64,000 bases of DNA from Methanoregula sp. (GCA_039698055.1 JBDKTL010000017.1:1-64000); one strand, 5' to 3'; counted from the first letter of the stretch, positions 1-10,569 are shown. Notes: a model not told the origin generated them from the letters alone. A program made the numbers and translations.

Positions 1-180
1 GCACTCAAAGCCCGCAAATACCGACTTCAGATCAAGGAAATTAAAATCAAAATCATCCTCTACAATATCTCAAAATTGATCTCTTCTTTGTCATTCCTTA
101 TTTTCATTGAGGAATTCTACAGAGCCATTTTTTTATTTTTTAATATGCCGAGTCTGCAATTCATTTCCAAATTGCCGTAG
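1..180 (+). mobile_element. 3' end of IS5-family transposase and right terminal inverted repeat (partial, window edge)
   Basis: Frame 1 reads ALKARKYRLQIKEIKIKIILYN...IEEFYRA, resembling the C-terminus of methanomicrobial IS5 transposases. GGAATTCTACAGAGCC (111-126) resembles the reverse complement of the left-end motif at 35978. Stop TAG at 178-180 lies outside the TIR. Confidence 0.75.
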
Positions 181-300
181 AGGTGCCCCTTCAGGAAGGG
201 CAGTGTTAATCTTAGGGTATAGGGGCGGTTTGCCCCCATCCATGTGAAGGAAGATGAACGTAATCACGTACAAAACAACAAATTGACTCAGCCTGTCGTT

Positions 301-1467
301 TCAGATGTACGCTTTCATAATCCCCTGGTAAATCGCTGAAGCATGGTCGAGTGCCGCGATGGAAACCCGCTCGTTGACCGCGTGAAGGGTCGAGAGTTCC
401 CCGGGCCCGTACTCGATCACGTTGAAACCGGCAGACCGCAGATGCCGGGCATCGCTTGCGGCCCACTGGACGATGGGGGACACATCCCCCCCGTACACGT
501 TCCTGACTTCCCTGCAGGCAATCGAGACGAGTGCGCAGCCGGGATCGGTCAGCGACGGTTCGTGCACAGTCTCGCTGGTGACGGTCCCGTGCGGGGCATG
601 GGCTTTTAAGTCAGCAACCAGCAGGGGGATATCGCAGCCCCACGGAACCCGCAGTTCAAGGTCGAGATCGCAGTGCTGGGCAACGATGTTTGTCTTTTCC
701 CCCCCGTGGATTACCCCGGGGTTGAACATGAGCCGCTGGAGGATCTCCTCGCCCCTGCCAATATTGAACTCCCCGGAAAACACTTCCGAAGAATGCGCTA
801 TGATCTTTTTAAGCGTCTCATCGACGGGAAATTCCTTTTCATGCAGACTGTTCACGTAGTGCAAAAACAACAGCGCTTCCATGATGGCGCTGACGCCAAC
901 GGCAGGGTAGAGCGATCCATGCCCGGGAGTGCCGGAAAATTTCATCTCCAGCCGCAAAAGTCCTTTCTGGCCGATGCAGGGGCTCCGCACCGGTGTCGGC
1001 TCTGCGATTACGCAGTCGCAAGGAGAGATGAGATGGTGTGCCAGGAGATACCGGACCCCGTATTCGCCCCCGGTCTCCTCATCGCAGACAAATGCAAGGG
1101 TTGCCGGGAGTTCGCTCCTGGTTTGTAAAACGGCGTCGCACGCGGCAAGCAGTGCGGCACACCCGCCTTTCATGTCCGTGGCACCCCGGCCCCAGACAAT
1201 CCCGTCTTTTACCGTTCCCGAAAACGGGGGATAGGTCCATCCTTCATCCATCGCAGGCACGACATCCACGTGGCCGCAGAGAAGGAGCCGTTGTTTTTTG
1301 CCGGTAGTGACGAGATTCGATCGCCCGTTGGCATTGCTGGTGATGCTTGAACCCACCCCCAGCCCTTCGAGCAGTGAACGGATATATTCGATGGCGTCGG
1401 TGGTAGTCCCGGGGGGATTCTCGCTTCGTATCGCAACAAGTTCGGCACAGATACGACCTGTGTCCAT
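301..1467 (-). CDS. M20 family metallopeptidase (DapE/ArgE-like)
   Basis: Motifs CGHVDVV, GRGATDMKGG, DEE, AEP, C-terminal H..NE. Confidence 0.9.
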   Translation of the reverse strand: MDTGRICAELVAIRSENPPGTTTDAIEYIRSLLEGLGVGSSITSNANGRSNLVTTGKKQRLLLCGHVDVVPAMDEGWTYPPFSGTVKDGIVWGRGATDMKGGCAALLAACDAVLQTRSELPATLAFVCDEETGGEYGVRYLLAHHLISPCDCVIAEPTPVRSPCIGQKGLLRLEMKFSGTPGHGSLYPAVGVSAIMEALLFLHYVNSLHEKEFPVDETLKKIIAHSSEVFSGEFNIGRGEEILQRLMFNPGVIHGGEKTNIVAQHCDLDLELRVPWGCDIPLLVADLKAHAPHGTVTSETVHEPSLTDPGCALVSIACREVRNVYGGDVSPIVQWAASDARHLRSAGFNVIEYGPGELSTLHAVNERVSIAALDHASAIYQGIMKAYI

Positions 1468-1482
1468 GGCAACTCCCGTATT

Positions 1483-1989
1483 TTAGATATTCAGCGCAAG
1501 ATAGTCCTCAAACAGTCTGGCAAGCGAGGCTTCCTCGTACAGGCTCTTTAAAAAATCCTGTTCAAAGAATTCGTCGATCACCGCATAGAAAAAATCCGTC
1601 GGGACCGGTTCTTTGCTGTTAGGATCCAGCACAATCCGGAAACTGCGGTAACTGGCCGGATCTTCGGGATCGTAGATCATCTGCCAGAGTCCGGGCAGGC
1701 AGGCAAACTTTTCCGGGTGATTCTCCTTGAGCCATTTCATAAATCCGGGGAATTTTGCCCGGTCGCCTTTTTTTTCTTCGTCGATGCGCCAGCGCATGTA
1801 CTCTGCCCCCATCATGTTTTTCGGGGACTGGTAATTGAACGAAAGAAGGCTCGCGGTATAATCAATGTGGGCAAGGGCGTCCATCAGGTAAAACCCGAGC
1901 ACCTTGTTGAACAGGGACGGGTCGTGAAGAATCAGGGATTTCCCGTAGAGATGGGTGAGAACGGACAGGTACTCGTTATCGGAAGTCAT
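1483..1989 (-). CDS. hypothetical protein (168 aa)
   Basis: Protein-like ORF co-oriented between moaA and the M20 peptidase with short spacers. Confidence 0.75.
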   Translation of the reverse strand: MTSDNEYLSVLTHLYGKSLILHDPSLFNKVLGFYLMDALAHIDYTASLLSFNYQSPKNMMGAEYMRWRIDEEKKGDRAKFPGFMKWLKENHPEKFACLPGLWQMIYDPEDPASYRSFRIVLDPNSKEPVPTDFFYAVIDEFFEQDFLKSLYEEASLARLFEDYLALNI

Positions 1990-2057
1990 AGTCCTTACAT
2001 GGGAAACCGACGTGTAAATACATTTCCCTGTTGCCGGTTATCAGGCCGGAAGCGTTG

Positions 2058-2942
2058 TTATTTAAAAAACGGTTCCCGCCGTAAAACTGCCTCCTTGAAC
2101 AATGTCTCAAGTTCTGCGCCGGATTTGCCACGGATATCCACGTGATTGTCAGTCCGCAGCAGGCAGGGCTTGAGTTTCCCATCCGATGTGACCCTCAGCC
2201 GGTTGCAGAATGCACAGAATTCAGTGTTGTGGAGCGGGCGGACAACTTCAACTTCCGCACCATCGAGACAGTATTTCTTCCGGTGGTGCATTCGCCGGGT
2301 AAGGATCTGGTTTGACCGTGATGCAAGGACTCCTTCAAGGCCGTTGAGGTCGCTGTGCTTCTCGCAGTTATTGAAATGCATCAGTTCGATGAGCTGGAGG
2401 ACAAGGTTCCGGTTGCCCCGCACATATGCAAGAAAATCGTCAATCTCGTTGTCGTTGATCCCCTTGAGGACGACCATGTTCAGTTTCACGGGCGTCAGGC
2501 CGACGTCGAGTGCCGCGTCGATGCCTTCAAGCACTTCCGCAAGATGATCGCTTCCGGCAATTTTTTTATAGGTTTCCGGGTTCATGCTGTCGAGGCTGAC
2601 ATTGACCCGGTTGAGTCCCGCCCGTTTCAGATCGGCAGCGAGCGGTGCAAGAAAGATGCCGTTTGTGGTGATTGACGATTCCATCCCTTCCGGGACCGAT
2701 TCCACGATCGATACGAGATCCTTGCGCAGGAGGGGTTCGCCCCCGGTAAATTTTACGCTTCTGATGCCAAACTTTGCAGCGACCCGCATTATTTCCCTGA
2801 TATCTTCTGCCGGCATTTCCGATGCGGGCGATCGTTCCCCTTCTGCGTGGCAGTAAATGCAGGAAAGGTTGCACCGGGGCGTGAGGCTGATGCGGAGATT
2901 GCTCACGGGGCGGTCATAGGAGTCAACTAATCGGGTCGCCAT
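2058..2942 (-). CDS. moaA: GTP 3',8-cyclase MoaA
   Basis: Radical SAM CNLSCIYC, TGGEPLLR, C-terminal FCAFCNRLR..GKLKPCL. Confidence 0.95.
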   Translation of the reverse strand: MATRLVDSYDRPVSNLRISLTPRCNLSCIYCHAEGERSPASEMPAEDIREIMRVAAKFGIRSVKFTGGEPLLRKDLVSIVESVPEGMESSITTNGIFLAPLAADLKRAGLNRVNVSLDSMNPETYKKIAGSDHLAEVLEGIDAALDVGLTPVKLNMVVLKGINDNEIDDFLAYVRGNRNLVLQLIELMHFNNCEKHSDLNGLEGVLASRSNQILTRRMHHRKKYCLDGAEVEVVRPLHNTEFCAFCNRLRVTSDGKLKPCLLRTDNHVDIRGKSGAELETLFKEAVLRREPFFK

Positions 2943-2946
2943 TATG

Positions 2947-3528
2947 TCAGCCTTTGAAATTCTTGGCTACGAGGTAAAATTCGGTGCTGCCTTTCCGGGT
3001 CGATTTTGTGTTGTACGTATGCACCGCATGAAAATGCTCTTTTGCAATGGCAAGCAGTTCAGGGAAATCTGCACCCTGGAATGCTTTAACGACAAAATTC
3101 CCGCCGGGTTTTAAGACGTTGCAGGCAAAGGATAACGCCTCTTCCCCAAGAGCCACCGACCGGGCCTGGTCGTAACTTCTCTGGCCGGAGAGTTTAGGTG
3201 AGGCATCGCAGACAACCACGCTCACGGACCCAAGCTGGGTTCGTACCTGCTCCTGGATGGCCGGATCGGTTAAGTCTCCTTCGATGGTCTCCACGCCTTC
3301 AAGAGGGGCAATCGGGTTCAGGTCAACGCCCAGCACCCGGCCGCTCGTGAGTGTGCGCAGAACCTGGAGCCAGCTTCCCGGCGCCGCACCCAGGTCAACG
3401 ATATTATCAGTGTTCCTGATGACAGAAAATTTTTTCTGGATTTCAATAAGTTTGTAGGAAGCACGGGAGCGGAATCCCTCGCTTTTTGCCCGCATGTATA
3501 CTTTATCCCGTGACCAGAGTGAACCCAT
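2947..3528 (-). CDS. rlmE: 23S rRNA Um2552 methyltransferase RlmE/FtsJ
   Basis: RSRASYKL and DLGAAPGSW motifs. Confidence 0.95.
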   Translation of the reverse strand: MGSLWSRDKVYMRAKSEGFRSRASYKLIEIQKKFSVIRNTDNIVDLGAAPGSWLQVLRTLTSGRVLGVDLNPIAPLEGVETIEGDLTDPAIQEQVRTQLGSVSVVVCDASPKLSGQRSYDQARSVALGEEALSFACNVLKPGGNFVVKAFQGADFPELLAIAKEHFHAVHTYNTKSTRKGSTEFYLVAKNFKG

Positions 3529-3627
3529 GATTCGTATGCCTCAAAAAAAATTCCTGCCAACAAACCCAAAACGCTATAATTAAAGTATGACGATATACTG
3601 TATAAGACAGTTGTTAAGGGGAAAGCG

Positions 3628-4371
3628 ATGTTAAAAGCTACGATTGATGCAGATATATTCCGGGAGGCCATTGAGGCGATCTCAGCCCTTATCCCCGAGT
3701 GCCGGCTGCACACGGCGGAGGACGGCATCTCCACCCGGGCGGTGGATACCGCAAATGTCGCCATGATTGCTATCGACTTAAAAAAAGAGGCATTTGAAAC
3801 CTACAAAGCGACCGGCAGTGAGATTGGCGTCGATATTTCAAAGATGAAAAACATCTTCAATATGGCGGGAAAAGGCGACATTATCAGTCTTGAGCTTGGG
3901 GATGCCGCACAGAAAATGGCGGTATCGGTTCATGGCTACCACTACTCGATCACGCTTCTTGATACAAACACCATACGAAAAGATCCCAATTCGCCGACTA
4001 TCAACCTTCCGGGAAAAGTCGTCATCTCCGGGGAAGATTTGAACAATGCGATCAAGGCGGCTGCGGTTATTTCCGACAAGATCAAGATGGGGATCCATGC
4101 AAAAGACCAGACATTTTTCATGGTTGCCGAAGGGGATACCGATCACATCCAGCGGGAGTTTGGCAAGGATGAACTCAAATCGATTACTGCTGTCGATGCA
4201 AGCTCGCTGTTTTCCCTTGACTACCTAAAGGACATGGGCAAGGTCATGAGCCGTGCGGCGGAAGTTGAGGTATTTTTGGGTATTGACCATCCGGTACGGT
4301 TCTCCTTTGAGATCGCGGGCGGCAAGGGGCACGTGGAGTACCTGCTTGCACCGCGTATCGAGGCAGACTAA
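3628..4371 (+). CDS. pcn: DNA polymerase sliding clamp PCNA
   Basis: AVDTANVAM, SLFSLDYL, YLLAPRIE; 247 aa. Confidence 0.97.
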   Translation: MLKATIDADIFREAIEAISALIPECRLHTAEDGISTRAVDTANVAMIAIDLKKEAFETYKATGSEIGVDISKMKNIFNMAGKGDIISLELGDAAQKMAVSVHGYHYSITLLDTNTIRKDPNSPTINLPGKVVISGEDLNNAIKAAAVISDKIKMGIHAKDQTFFMVAEGDTDHIQREFGKDELKSITAVDASSLFSLDYLKDMGKVMSRAAEVEVFLGIDHPVRFSFEIAGGKGHVEYLLAPRIEAD

Positions 4372-5457
4372 ATGGAATTTGTTCCTTCCGTCAAGGAACT
4401 TTCCCATTTTCCGTTTTTAAAAAAAGCCCAGGACCATATCAAGTCCCGGTTTTCTTCCCTGGATTCTTTGTTGCAGGACCAAAAGGGGGAAGCACTGGCT
4501 GCACGGGCACTGGACAGGATCCGGGACGCCGTCACGCCAAAAAAAGTTTTTTCTCCTGAGGTGACCGGTTCACCCGAAGAGGAGATTGCACTCTATGCGC
4601 TTGCACGGATCATGGTCTCCTGTGTCAACGACAAGCAGCTCATCGACCGGCTGACCCGGTACGAAGCAGAGCGGGCATATTTTTTCCTGGTTAATGAAGA
4701 AGAATGGAACCGGAATTATGCCCCGGGTGAAGGGGAATATTCCCGGCTGTGCATCGCACTTGCCGGGGAACTGGGAATCCGTGTCACGCTCGATACCATG
4801 CCGGTTGCCGATTACGTGGAGCTGGTCGCTCCCCTGCACGAAGACCGGTACCGGCTGATTAACCGGGAGATTACCCGGGGTTTTGTCAGGATCAATAAAA
4901 ACGAGCGGTACGAACTCATCCGCGAACGGATCCGGGTCATACTGCGGCGGGACCTGCCCCATAAAGTACCAAAGCGGATCTGCGAACTGCTGGAGCCGCA
5001 TGCCGGGCAGATAAAGAAAGTGTATCAGGAGCAGATGCAGCGGCAGTTTGGCTCCGTGGACGAAGGTTCATTTCCGCCCTGCATGCAGGCACTGGTTGCG
5101 GCACTCCTGTCGGGCACCAACCTTACCCATGCCGGGCGTTTCTCCCTGACGGCATTTCTTCACAATATCGGCATGGATACCGCCGGGATTGCGGCGATGT
5201 ATGCCCGGTCGCCGGATTTCGATATCGGCAAGACCATGTACCAGGTCGAGCATATCACCGGGCGCGGGGGAACTTCGACCGATTACACGACCCCGGCCTG
5301 TGCGGCGATGGAAACCACCGGCCTGTGTATCAAAAAAGATGAGATTTGTGAGAGGATCAACCATCCGCTCAGTTATTACAAGGTTAAAAAATCCCGGCCA
5401 AAAAAGATGCCGTTACCGGAAAAACCCGCACCAGGAAAAAAAGATACTTCGCTCTGA
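4372..5457 (+). CDS. priL: DNA primase large subunit PriL
   Basis: FPPCM, NLTHAGRF, YQVEHI, Fe-S Cys cluster, HPLSYY; adjacent to pcn. Confidence 0.93.
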   Translation: MEFVPSVKELSHFPFLKKAQDHIKSRFSSLDSLLQDQKGEALAARALDRIRDAVTPKKVFSPEVTGSPEEEIALYALARIMVSCVNDKQLIDRLTRYEAERAYFFLVNEEEWNRNYAPGEGEYSRLCIALAGELGIRVTLDTMPVADYVELVAPLHEDRYRLINREITRGFVRINKNERYELIRERIRVILRRDLPHKVPKRICELLEPHAGQIKKVYQEQMQRQFGSVDEGSFPPCMQALVAALLSGTNLTHAGRFSLTAFLHNIGMDTAGIAAMYARSPDFDIGKTMYQVEHITGRGGTSTDYTTPACAAMETTGLCIKKDEICERINHPLSYYKVKKSRPKKMPLPEKPAPGKKDTSL

Positions 5458-5461
5458 CCAG

Positions 5462-5638
5462 TCAAACGATCTGTTTGTTGACCATATAGCCGGCACCGGA
5501 TAATACCAGGATGAAGATGATAATTGCAACGAGATATGCGATGCCTGCACTCATGATCATCGGCAGAACTGAAATAAGCACAACAAGAACGAAGAAACTC
5601 ATCAGGCCGAGAACTACATCTAACAATCTGGCATCCAT
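5462..5638 (-). CDS. small two-TM membrane protein (58 aa, not in ORF track)
   Basis: Manual translation MDARLLDVVLGLMSFFVLVVLISVLPMIMSAGIAYLVAIIIFILVLSGAGYMVNKQIV. Confidence 0.7.
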   Translation of the reverse strand: MDARLLDVVLGLMSFFVLVVLISVLPMIMSAGIAYLVAIIIFILVLSGAGYMVNKQIV

Positions 5639-5920
5639 TACACCTTATTTTAGTTTTTGAAACATTATATGCATATCCGTGATGAGACCGGTATCAGCGT
5701 ACACGGGTATGCGGTCGTATTCTCCCCTTCGTGAGATTGATGTCGGAAATTTTTCATGGGATAATCCGGCGTGCGAAACGACAAAAAAACCCATGGTCTC
5801 TTCCTCCTGTGGAGAAGAGCAGTACTGCTCCCTGTGGATGTTTACCTCCCGCACATGCGCCGGGACATGCACCATCCGGAGGCAGGGGTTTTTTCTTATG
5901 CGGAGATTAACCGGTACTGC

Positions 5921-6481
5921 ATGACAGGAACTCCCGCCCGGCAGCGATCGGACGTGCTCGATGAACTTTCCGTTGCCACCGGGCGGATCGTGTCGTCCCT
6001 TGATCCGGGTCTTGTTCCGGTGGGAGGGGCACATTTTGGTTATGCCATCACGGGAGCACGGGATGCCGGGGGGGTCGCTGCGATCCGGGGCGGGATCGTG
6101 ATCGCGGACGGGAAGGTCTGTGCTGCCGGTGAATGCGCGTTTGGCGGCGACGAGTCAATCTCCCGGATTATTCTCACCGCGATGAGATTCGATCCGCAGG
6201 TGCGCAGTGCCGCCATCGTCAGGTTTACCCCGGAAATGCGTGACCTGCTTGACGATTCGCTCATGGAGTGCTGTTCGTTTGACCCGGTGCGTACCCCATC
6301 AGGTGTCAGCACCATGGACTGGGGCGTGGCATCCTGCTGCAAAGACGGGGTGCCGGACGCGGTTTACGACGCACGTACCCAAAATAACGAACCGCTTATC
6401 TCGTTTTTGGGCGAAACACCTGCGGATGTTGCGAACAATATTATTATGATATCAAACCGCATTATACGTATAGAACTTTGA
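5921..6481 (+). CDS. ThiN-domain (thiamine-phosphate synthase family) protein
   Basis: VAAIRGGI, AFGG, ILTAMRFDPQVRSAA, TMDWG, VPDAVYD; start moved from 5771 to ATG 5921. Confidence 0.8.
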   Translation: MTGTPARQRSDVLDELSVATGRIVSSLDPGLVPVGGAHFGYAITGARDAGGVAAIRGGIVIADGKVCAAGECAFGGDESISRIILTAMRFDPQVRSAAIVRFTPEMRDLLDDSLMECCSFDPVRTPSGVSTMDWGVASCCKDGVPDAVYDARTQNNEPLISFLGETPADVANNIIMISNRIIRIEL

Positions 6482-6491
6482 GGAATCGCTC

Positions 6492-6683
6492 ATGGGAATC
6501 AAACCATCGTATATCAAAACAATCGGTACAGAACTTCTTGCAAAGCAGCGGGAAAATTTCTCCAGTGACTTTGACGCGAACAAACAGCAGCTTGGCGTAT
6601 CTGCCGAGATCGGTAGTAAGCGGGTACGGAATCGCATCGCCGGCTATATCACCAGAAAAATAAATACTAAAAGACGCTCATAA
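6492..6683 (+). CDS. rps17e: 30S ribosomal protein S17e
   Basis: FSSDFDANK, SKRVRNRIAGYITR. Confidence 0.96.
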   Translation: MGIKPSYIKTIGTELLAKQRENFSSDFDANKQQLGVSAEIGSKRVRNRIAGYITRKINTKRRS

Positions 6684-6691
6684 ACTTATTT

Positions 6692-7675
6692 ATGTTTGAA
6701 GGCGTCCTTCCAGCAATAATAACCCCTTTTAAAAAAAATCCCGCAATGGACCTTGATGTGGCAGGTCTTGAGCGAAACATTGAGTATCTCCTCTCCTGTG
6801 GCATACACGGGATCGTACCGTGCGGTTCGACCGGGGAATCTGCAACACTTTCGTTTAAGGAACATGAGAAGGTTGTCGATGTCACCATTAACAAGGTCAA
6901 TGGCAAGATCCCCGTGCTCGCGGGCACCGGTTCCAACAATACTGCGGAAGCAGTTGTACTGACGAAGGCGGCAAAGGACGCAGGTGCGGACGGTGTTCTG
7001 GTGATCAGTCCGTACTATAACAAGCCGAATCGTGCAGGACTGGTCAAGCATTATACAAAACTTGCCGACCTCGATATCCCGGTGGTCATTTACAATGTCC
7101 CCGGCAGGACCGGGCAGAACCTTGAGCCCGACCTGATTGCGGAACTTGCAGAACACCCCGGTATTGTGGGCATCAAGGAGGCAAGCGGCAACATCGGCCA
7201 GGTGTCGCGCATCATCGAAGCCACGCTGGATGAAGACTTTGCCGTCATCTCCGGCGATGACAACCTTACCCTCCCCATCATGGCGCTGGGCGGGTCAGGG
7301 GTCATTTCCGTTGCCGCAAACGTCGATCCAAAACGAATGGTCGCCATGTGCGAAGCGATGAAAACCGGGGATTACCAGAAGGCACTTGTCCTGCATTATG
7401 CGCTGTCCCCGCTCTTCCGCTCGATGTTCATCGATACAAACCCGATACCGGTAAAAAAGGCGGTTGAACTGATCGGTTTTGCTGGAGGCCCGGTCCGGTT
7501 GCCACTCGATAACCTTGACGATAAGAAAACAGAGCAGCTCAAAAAAGTACTCGCAACGATTCCCCTGGCAAAAAAGCCGGCCGGGCGTGCAACTGCATCA
7601 AAAACCCCGGTATTAAAAACGGCAAAACCTGCTGTAAAGAAAGCGAAGGCCGCACCAAAACGGCGTGGGCGGTGA
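6692..7675 (+). CDS. dapA: 4-hydroxy-tetrahydrodipicolinate synthase
   Basis: GSTGES, YNVPGRTG, GIKEASG, NPIPVK; extra basic C-terminal tail. Confidence 0.96.
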   Translation: MFEGVLPAIITPFKKNPAMDLDVAGLERNIEYLLSCGIHGIVPCGSTGESATLSFKEHEKVVDVTINKVNGKIPVLAGTGSNNTAEAVVLTKAAKDAGADGVLVISPYYNKPNRAGLVKHYTKLADLDIPVVIYNVPGRTGQNLEPDLIAELAEHPGIVGIKEASGNIGQVSRIIEATLDEDFAVISGDDNLTLPIMALGGSGVISVAANVDPKRMVAMCEAMKTGDYQKALVLHYALSPLFRSMFIDTNPIPVKKAVELIGFAGGPVRLPLDNLDDKKTEQLKKVLATIPLAKKPAGRATASKTPVLKTAKPAVKKAKAAPKRRGR

Positions 7676-7683
7676 CCTGATCC

Positions 7684-8448
7684 ATGATTAAGGTAGTCGT
7701 ATGCGGTGCATCCGGGCGCATGGGCCAGACCATTGGCAGGATGGTGCACGAATCTACGGATCTGGAACTGGTCGGCGGTATCAACTTAAAATCCAGCACC
7801 TTTTTTGGCGCCGATATTGTAGAAACAAAGAATATGGATGCGCTGCTGAAAAGCAAAAAGCCGGATGTGCTCATCGATTTTACGATTGCGCATGCCGCCG
7901 TTGAAAATGTCAAGACTGCCGCCCGCAACAATGTTGCCGTCATTGTCGGTACAACGGGATTTACCGCAGAGCAGCGGGTGGAGATGGCGACTGCAATCGA
8001 AGGTCATGTACCGGCCGTCATTTCCAGCAATTTCTCTGTCGGCGTCAACATCTTCTGGCAGCTTGTTCGTGACGCGGGAAAACTCCTCAAAGATTACGAT
8101 ATTGAGGTGATCGAGGCACACCACCGGAACAAGAAGGATGCGCCAAGCGGCACGGCAAAAACCATCCTGCAGATCCTTGACGAAGAAGTGGGGACACGCA
8201 ACAAGCTGTACGGGCGCGAAGGGATGATGGAGCGGAGTAACGAGATCGGCGTTCACGTGATCCGGGGCGGGGATATTGTCGGGGATCACAAAGTGATGTT
8301 CTCGAAAAATTTCGAGACCATCGAGCTCTCCCACCGGGCTTACGACCGTTCGGTTTTCGCGAGCGGTGCGCTGCGGGCAGCCCGCTGGGTTGTTGGCAAG
8401 AAGCCCGGCATCTATGGCATGAACGATGTCCTTGAATTGGGAAAATAA
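7684..8448 (+). CDS. dapB: 4-hydroxy-tetrahydrodipicolinate reductase
   Basis: GASGRMG, GTTG, EAHHRNKKDAPSGTA. Confidence 0.96.
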   Translation: MIKVVVCGASGRMGQTIGRMVHESTDLELVGGINLKSSTFFGADIVETKNMDALLKSKKPDVLIDFTIAHAAVENVKTAARNNVAVIVGTTGFTAEQRVEMATAIEGHVPAVISSNFSVGVNIFWQLVRDAGKLLKDYDIEVIEAHHRNKKDAPSGTAKTILQILDEEVGTRNKLYGREGMMERSNEIGVHVIRGGDIVGDHKVMFSKNFETIELSHRAYDRSVFASGALRAARWVVGKKPGIYGMNDVLELGK

Positions 8449-8520
8449 CCGCCTTTTCCCGTGTTAATAACGAAACCTATTTTTTGTCTTTCACAAAATA
8501 TTACGGTGGAGTAAAGTGAA

Positions 8521-8694
8521 ATGGTAGCAGTTGTTGATACCGCAAAGTGTACCGGATGCGAAACATGTGTGAGTGAATGTCCCGCATCAGCGATTTCCAT
8601 GGACAATGAAAAAGCAAAAGTTGACAAGGATATGTGTGTGGACTGCCAGACGTGCGTTGATGTCTGCCCGTCCGAAGCGATCCATATGGAATAA
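8521..8694 (+). CDS. 2x[4Fe-4S] ferredoxin (57 aa, not in ORF track)
   Basis: MVAVVDTAKCTGCETCVSECP...CVDCQTCVDVCP: two CxxCxxCxxxCP motifs. Confidence 0.93.
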   Translation: MVAVVDTAKCTGCETCVSECPASAISMDNEKAKVDKDMCVDCQTCVDVCPSEAIHME

Positions 8695-9064
8695 ATTTTT
8701 TCTGTAGATTTTTTTTAATTCTTTTTTGTTTTTTTTTCGTGAAATAACTGGTATCTGAATGTGAAATACACATATTTCAGGTAGCAGGATTATGTCATGG
8801 CCGGGGGTGCGCCCCTACATCCATACCTGCCAAAATAGGATCATAACCCCCCCAAAACGCAGTCTGGTGTATAACAGGATTACTTTTTTTGTCCATTCAT
8901 GACGATTATTTTTTGCCGGAAGGCCAGAACGGTGGAACATTGTATATGTCCCTGTATATAAAATTAAAAAACAATGTTTTTATTATCACAGGTGAAATGG
9001 GATTTTACAACCCGCCATAATTTTAAACAAACGGGGAACACAAACTACACAGGACCTGTCACCT

Positions 9065-10081
9065 ATGATCAATGTTGGAGTGCTCGGTGCAACGGGTGCG
9101 GTTGGTCAGCGATTTGTTGAACGCCTAGCGGATCATCCCTTGTTCAATCTGTCTACGCTCGCCGCCTCGGAACGCAGCGCGGGAAAGCAATATGGAAACG
9201 TGGTAAACTGGCGCCTTGAAACGCCATTTCCCGAAAAGATCGCAAAACTCAGGGTCACCCCGATCTCACCCAAAGCGATGAAAGGTGTGGACCTGGTGTT
9301 TTCTGCGCTCCCTGCTGATATTGCGATGGATGTTGAAAATGAATTTGCCGATGCGGGAATTGCGGTATGCAGCAATGCCAGTTCCCATCGCATGGAGCCC
9401 GATATCCCCCTTGTTGTTCCCGAAGTGAACCCGGAACATCTCGGGCTCATTGACGTCCAGCGCGATGCCGGCAGGGACGGGTTCATCGTCACGAACCCGA
9501 ACTGCTCCACCATTATGATGGTGACTGCCCTTGCACCGCTGCGGAAATTCAGGTTCACGGATGTCCGCGTGGCGACAATGCAGGCAATTTCCGGCGCCGG
9601 GTTTGCCGGTGTACCCGCGATGTCAATTTACGATAACGTCATCCCGTATATCGGGCAGGAAGAGGAAAAGATGGAATCCGAGACCCTCAAGATCATGGGA
9701 ACGTTAAAAGGAAAGAAAATTGTCAAGGCACCGTTTAAGGTAAGTGCCAGCTGCCACCGGGTGCCGGTGATCGATGGCCATACAATGGCAGTCTGGCTCG
9801 ATATCAAAGAACCCGTTGAAAAACTCAAAAAAGCATTTATCGAGTACAAACCTCCCATCAAAGGCCTGCCGACCCAGCCAAAGGAATCCGTGCATTTCTT
9901 TGATGAGGCCGATCGCCCGCAGCCCCGGCTTGACCGGATGCGTGGCGGAGGTATGACGGTGTCAGTTGGCCGGTTGCGGGAAGGCGTTCGTTTCATTGCC
10001 ATGGGGCATAACACGATTCGCGGTGCAGCCGGCGCAAGCGTACTGAATGCAGAACTCCTTGTCAAGAAGAAATACCTGTGA
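9065..10081 (+). CDS. asd: aspartate-semialdehyde dehydrogenase
   Basis: [22 protein letters not shown]. Confidence 0.96.
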   Translation: MINVGVLGATGAVGQRFVERLADHPLFNLSTLAASERSAGKQYGNVVNWRLETPFPEKIAKLRVTPISPKAMKGVDLVFSALPADIAMDVENEFADAGIAVCSNASSHRMEPDIPLVVPEVNPEHLGLIDVQRDAGRDGFIVTNPNCSTIMMVTALAPLRKFRFTDVRVATMQAISGAGFAGVPAMSIYDNVIPYIGQEEEKMESETLKIMGTLKGKKIVKAPFKVSASCHRVPVIDGHTMAVWLDIKEPVEKLKKAFIEYKPPIKGLPTQPKESVHFFDEADRPQPRLDRMRGGGMTVSVGRLREGVRFIAMGHNTIRGAAGASVLNAELLVKKKYL

Positions 10082-10086
10082 AGAAC

Positions 10087-10380
10087 ATGGAAAACGATAC
10101 GCAGCAGCTCAGAGAAAACACGGTGTTTGTCGGAAATAAGCCTGTCATGAATTATGTGCTTGCCGTGGTGACACAATTCAACAATGGTGCAGAAACCGTG
10201 GCGATCAAAGCACGGGGCAAAGCAATTTCACGGGCGGTTGATACCGCTGAGATCTCCCTGAACCGGTTTTTGGATGGCGTAAAGAAAAAAGATATTGTGA
10301 TCTCCACGGAAATGATTGATACGGATTCCGGGAAAACCAATGTATCGAGCATTGAAATTGTGCTTGAAAATCATAAATAA
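10087..10380 (+). CDS. albA: DNA/RNA-binding protein Alba
   Basis: [28 protein letters not shown]. Confidence 0.95.
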   Translation: MENDTQQLRENTVFVGNKPVMNYVLAVVTQFNNGAETVAIKARGKAISRAVDTAEISLNRFLDGVKKKDIVISTEMIDTDSGKTNVSSIEIVLENHK

Positions 10381-10569
10381 TATTTTTTTATTATCCGCTT
10401 ATCAGGAACATTCATCATCGAACGCGAAATCGTGCCTGTGGACTGGTGAAAAACAGCAAACCCGGCACCCTTTTTGGTGAGGAGGCCGGCAGTTTTTATG
10501 CAATTGTGCACGTGGGGAGAGCAGAAAAGCCGCAAAGGATATAAACGGCATATTCAAATTTATAGTGCT

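Noticed and set aside
5679-5920. Short ORFs and the extension upstream of the ThiN-domain gene
   Set aside because: No recognisable motif; domain similarity starts near ATG 5921
8795-8830. Third copy of the REP-like motif
   Set aside because: Similarity limited to GGGG..GCCCCTA, too short to support
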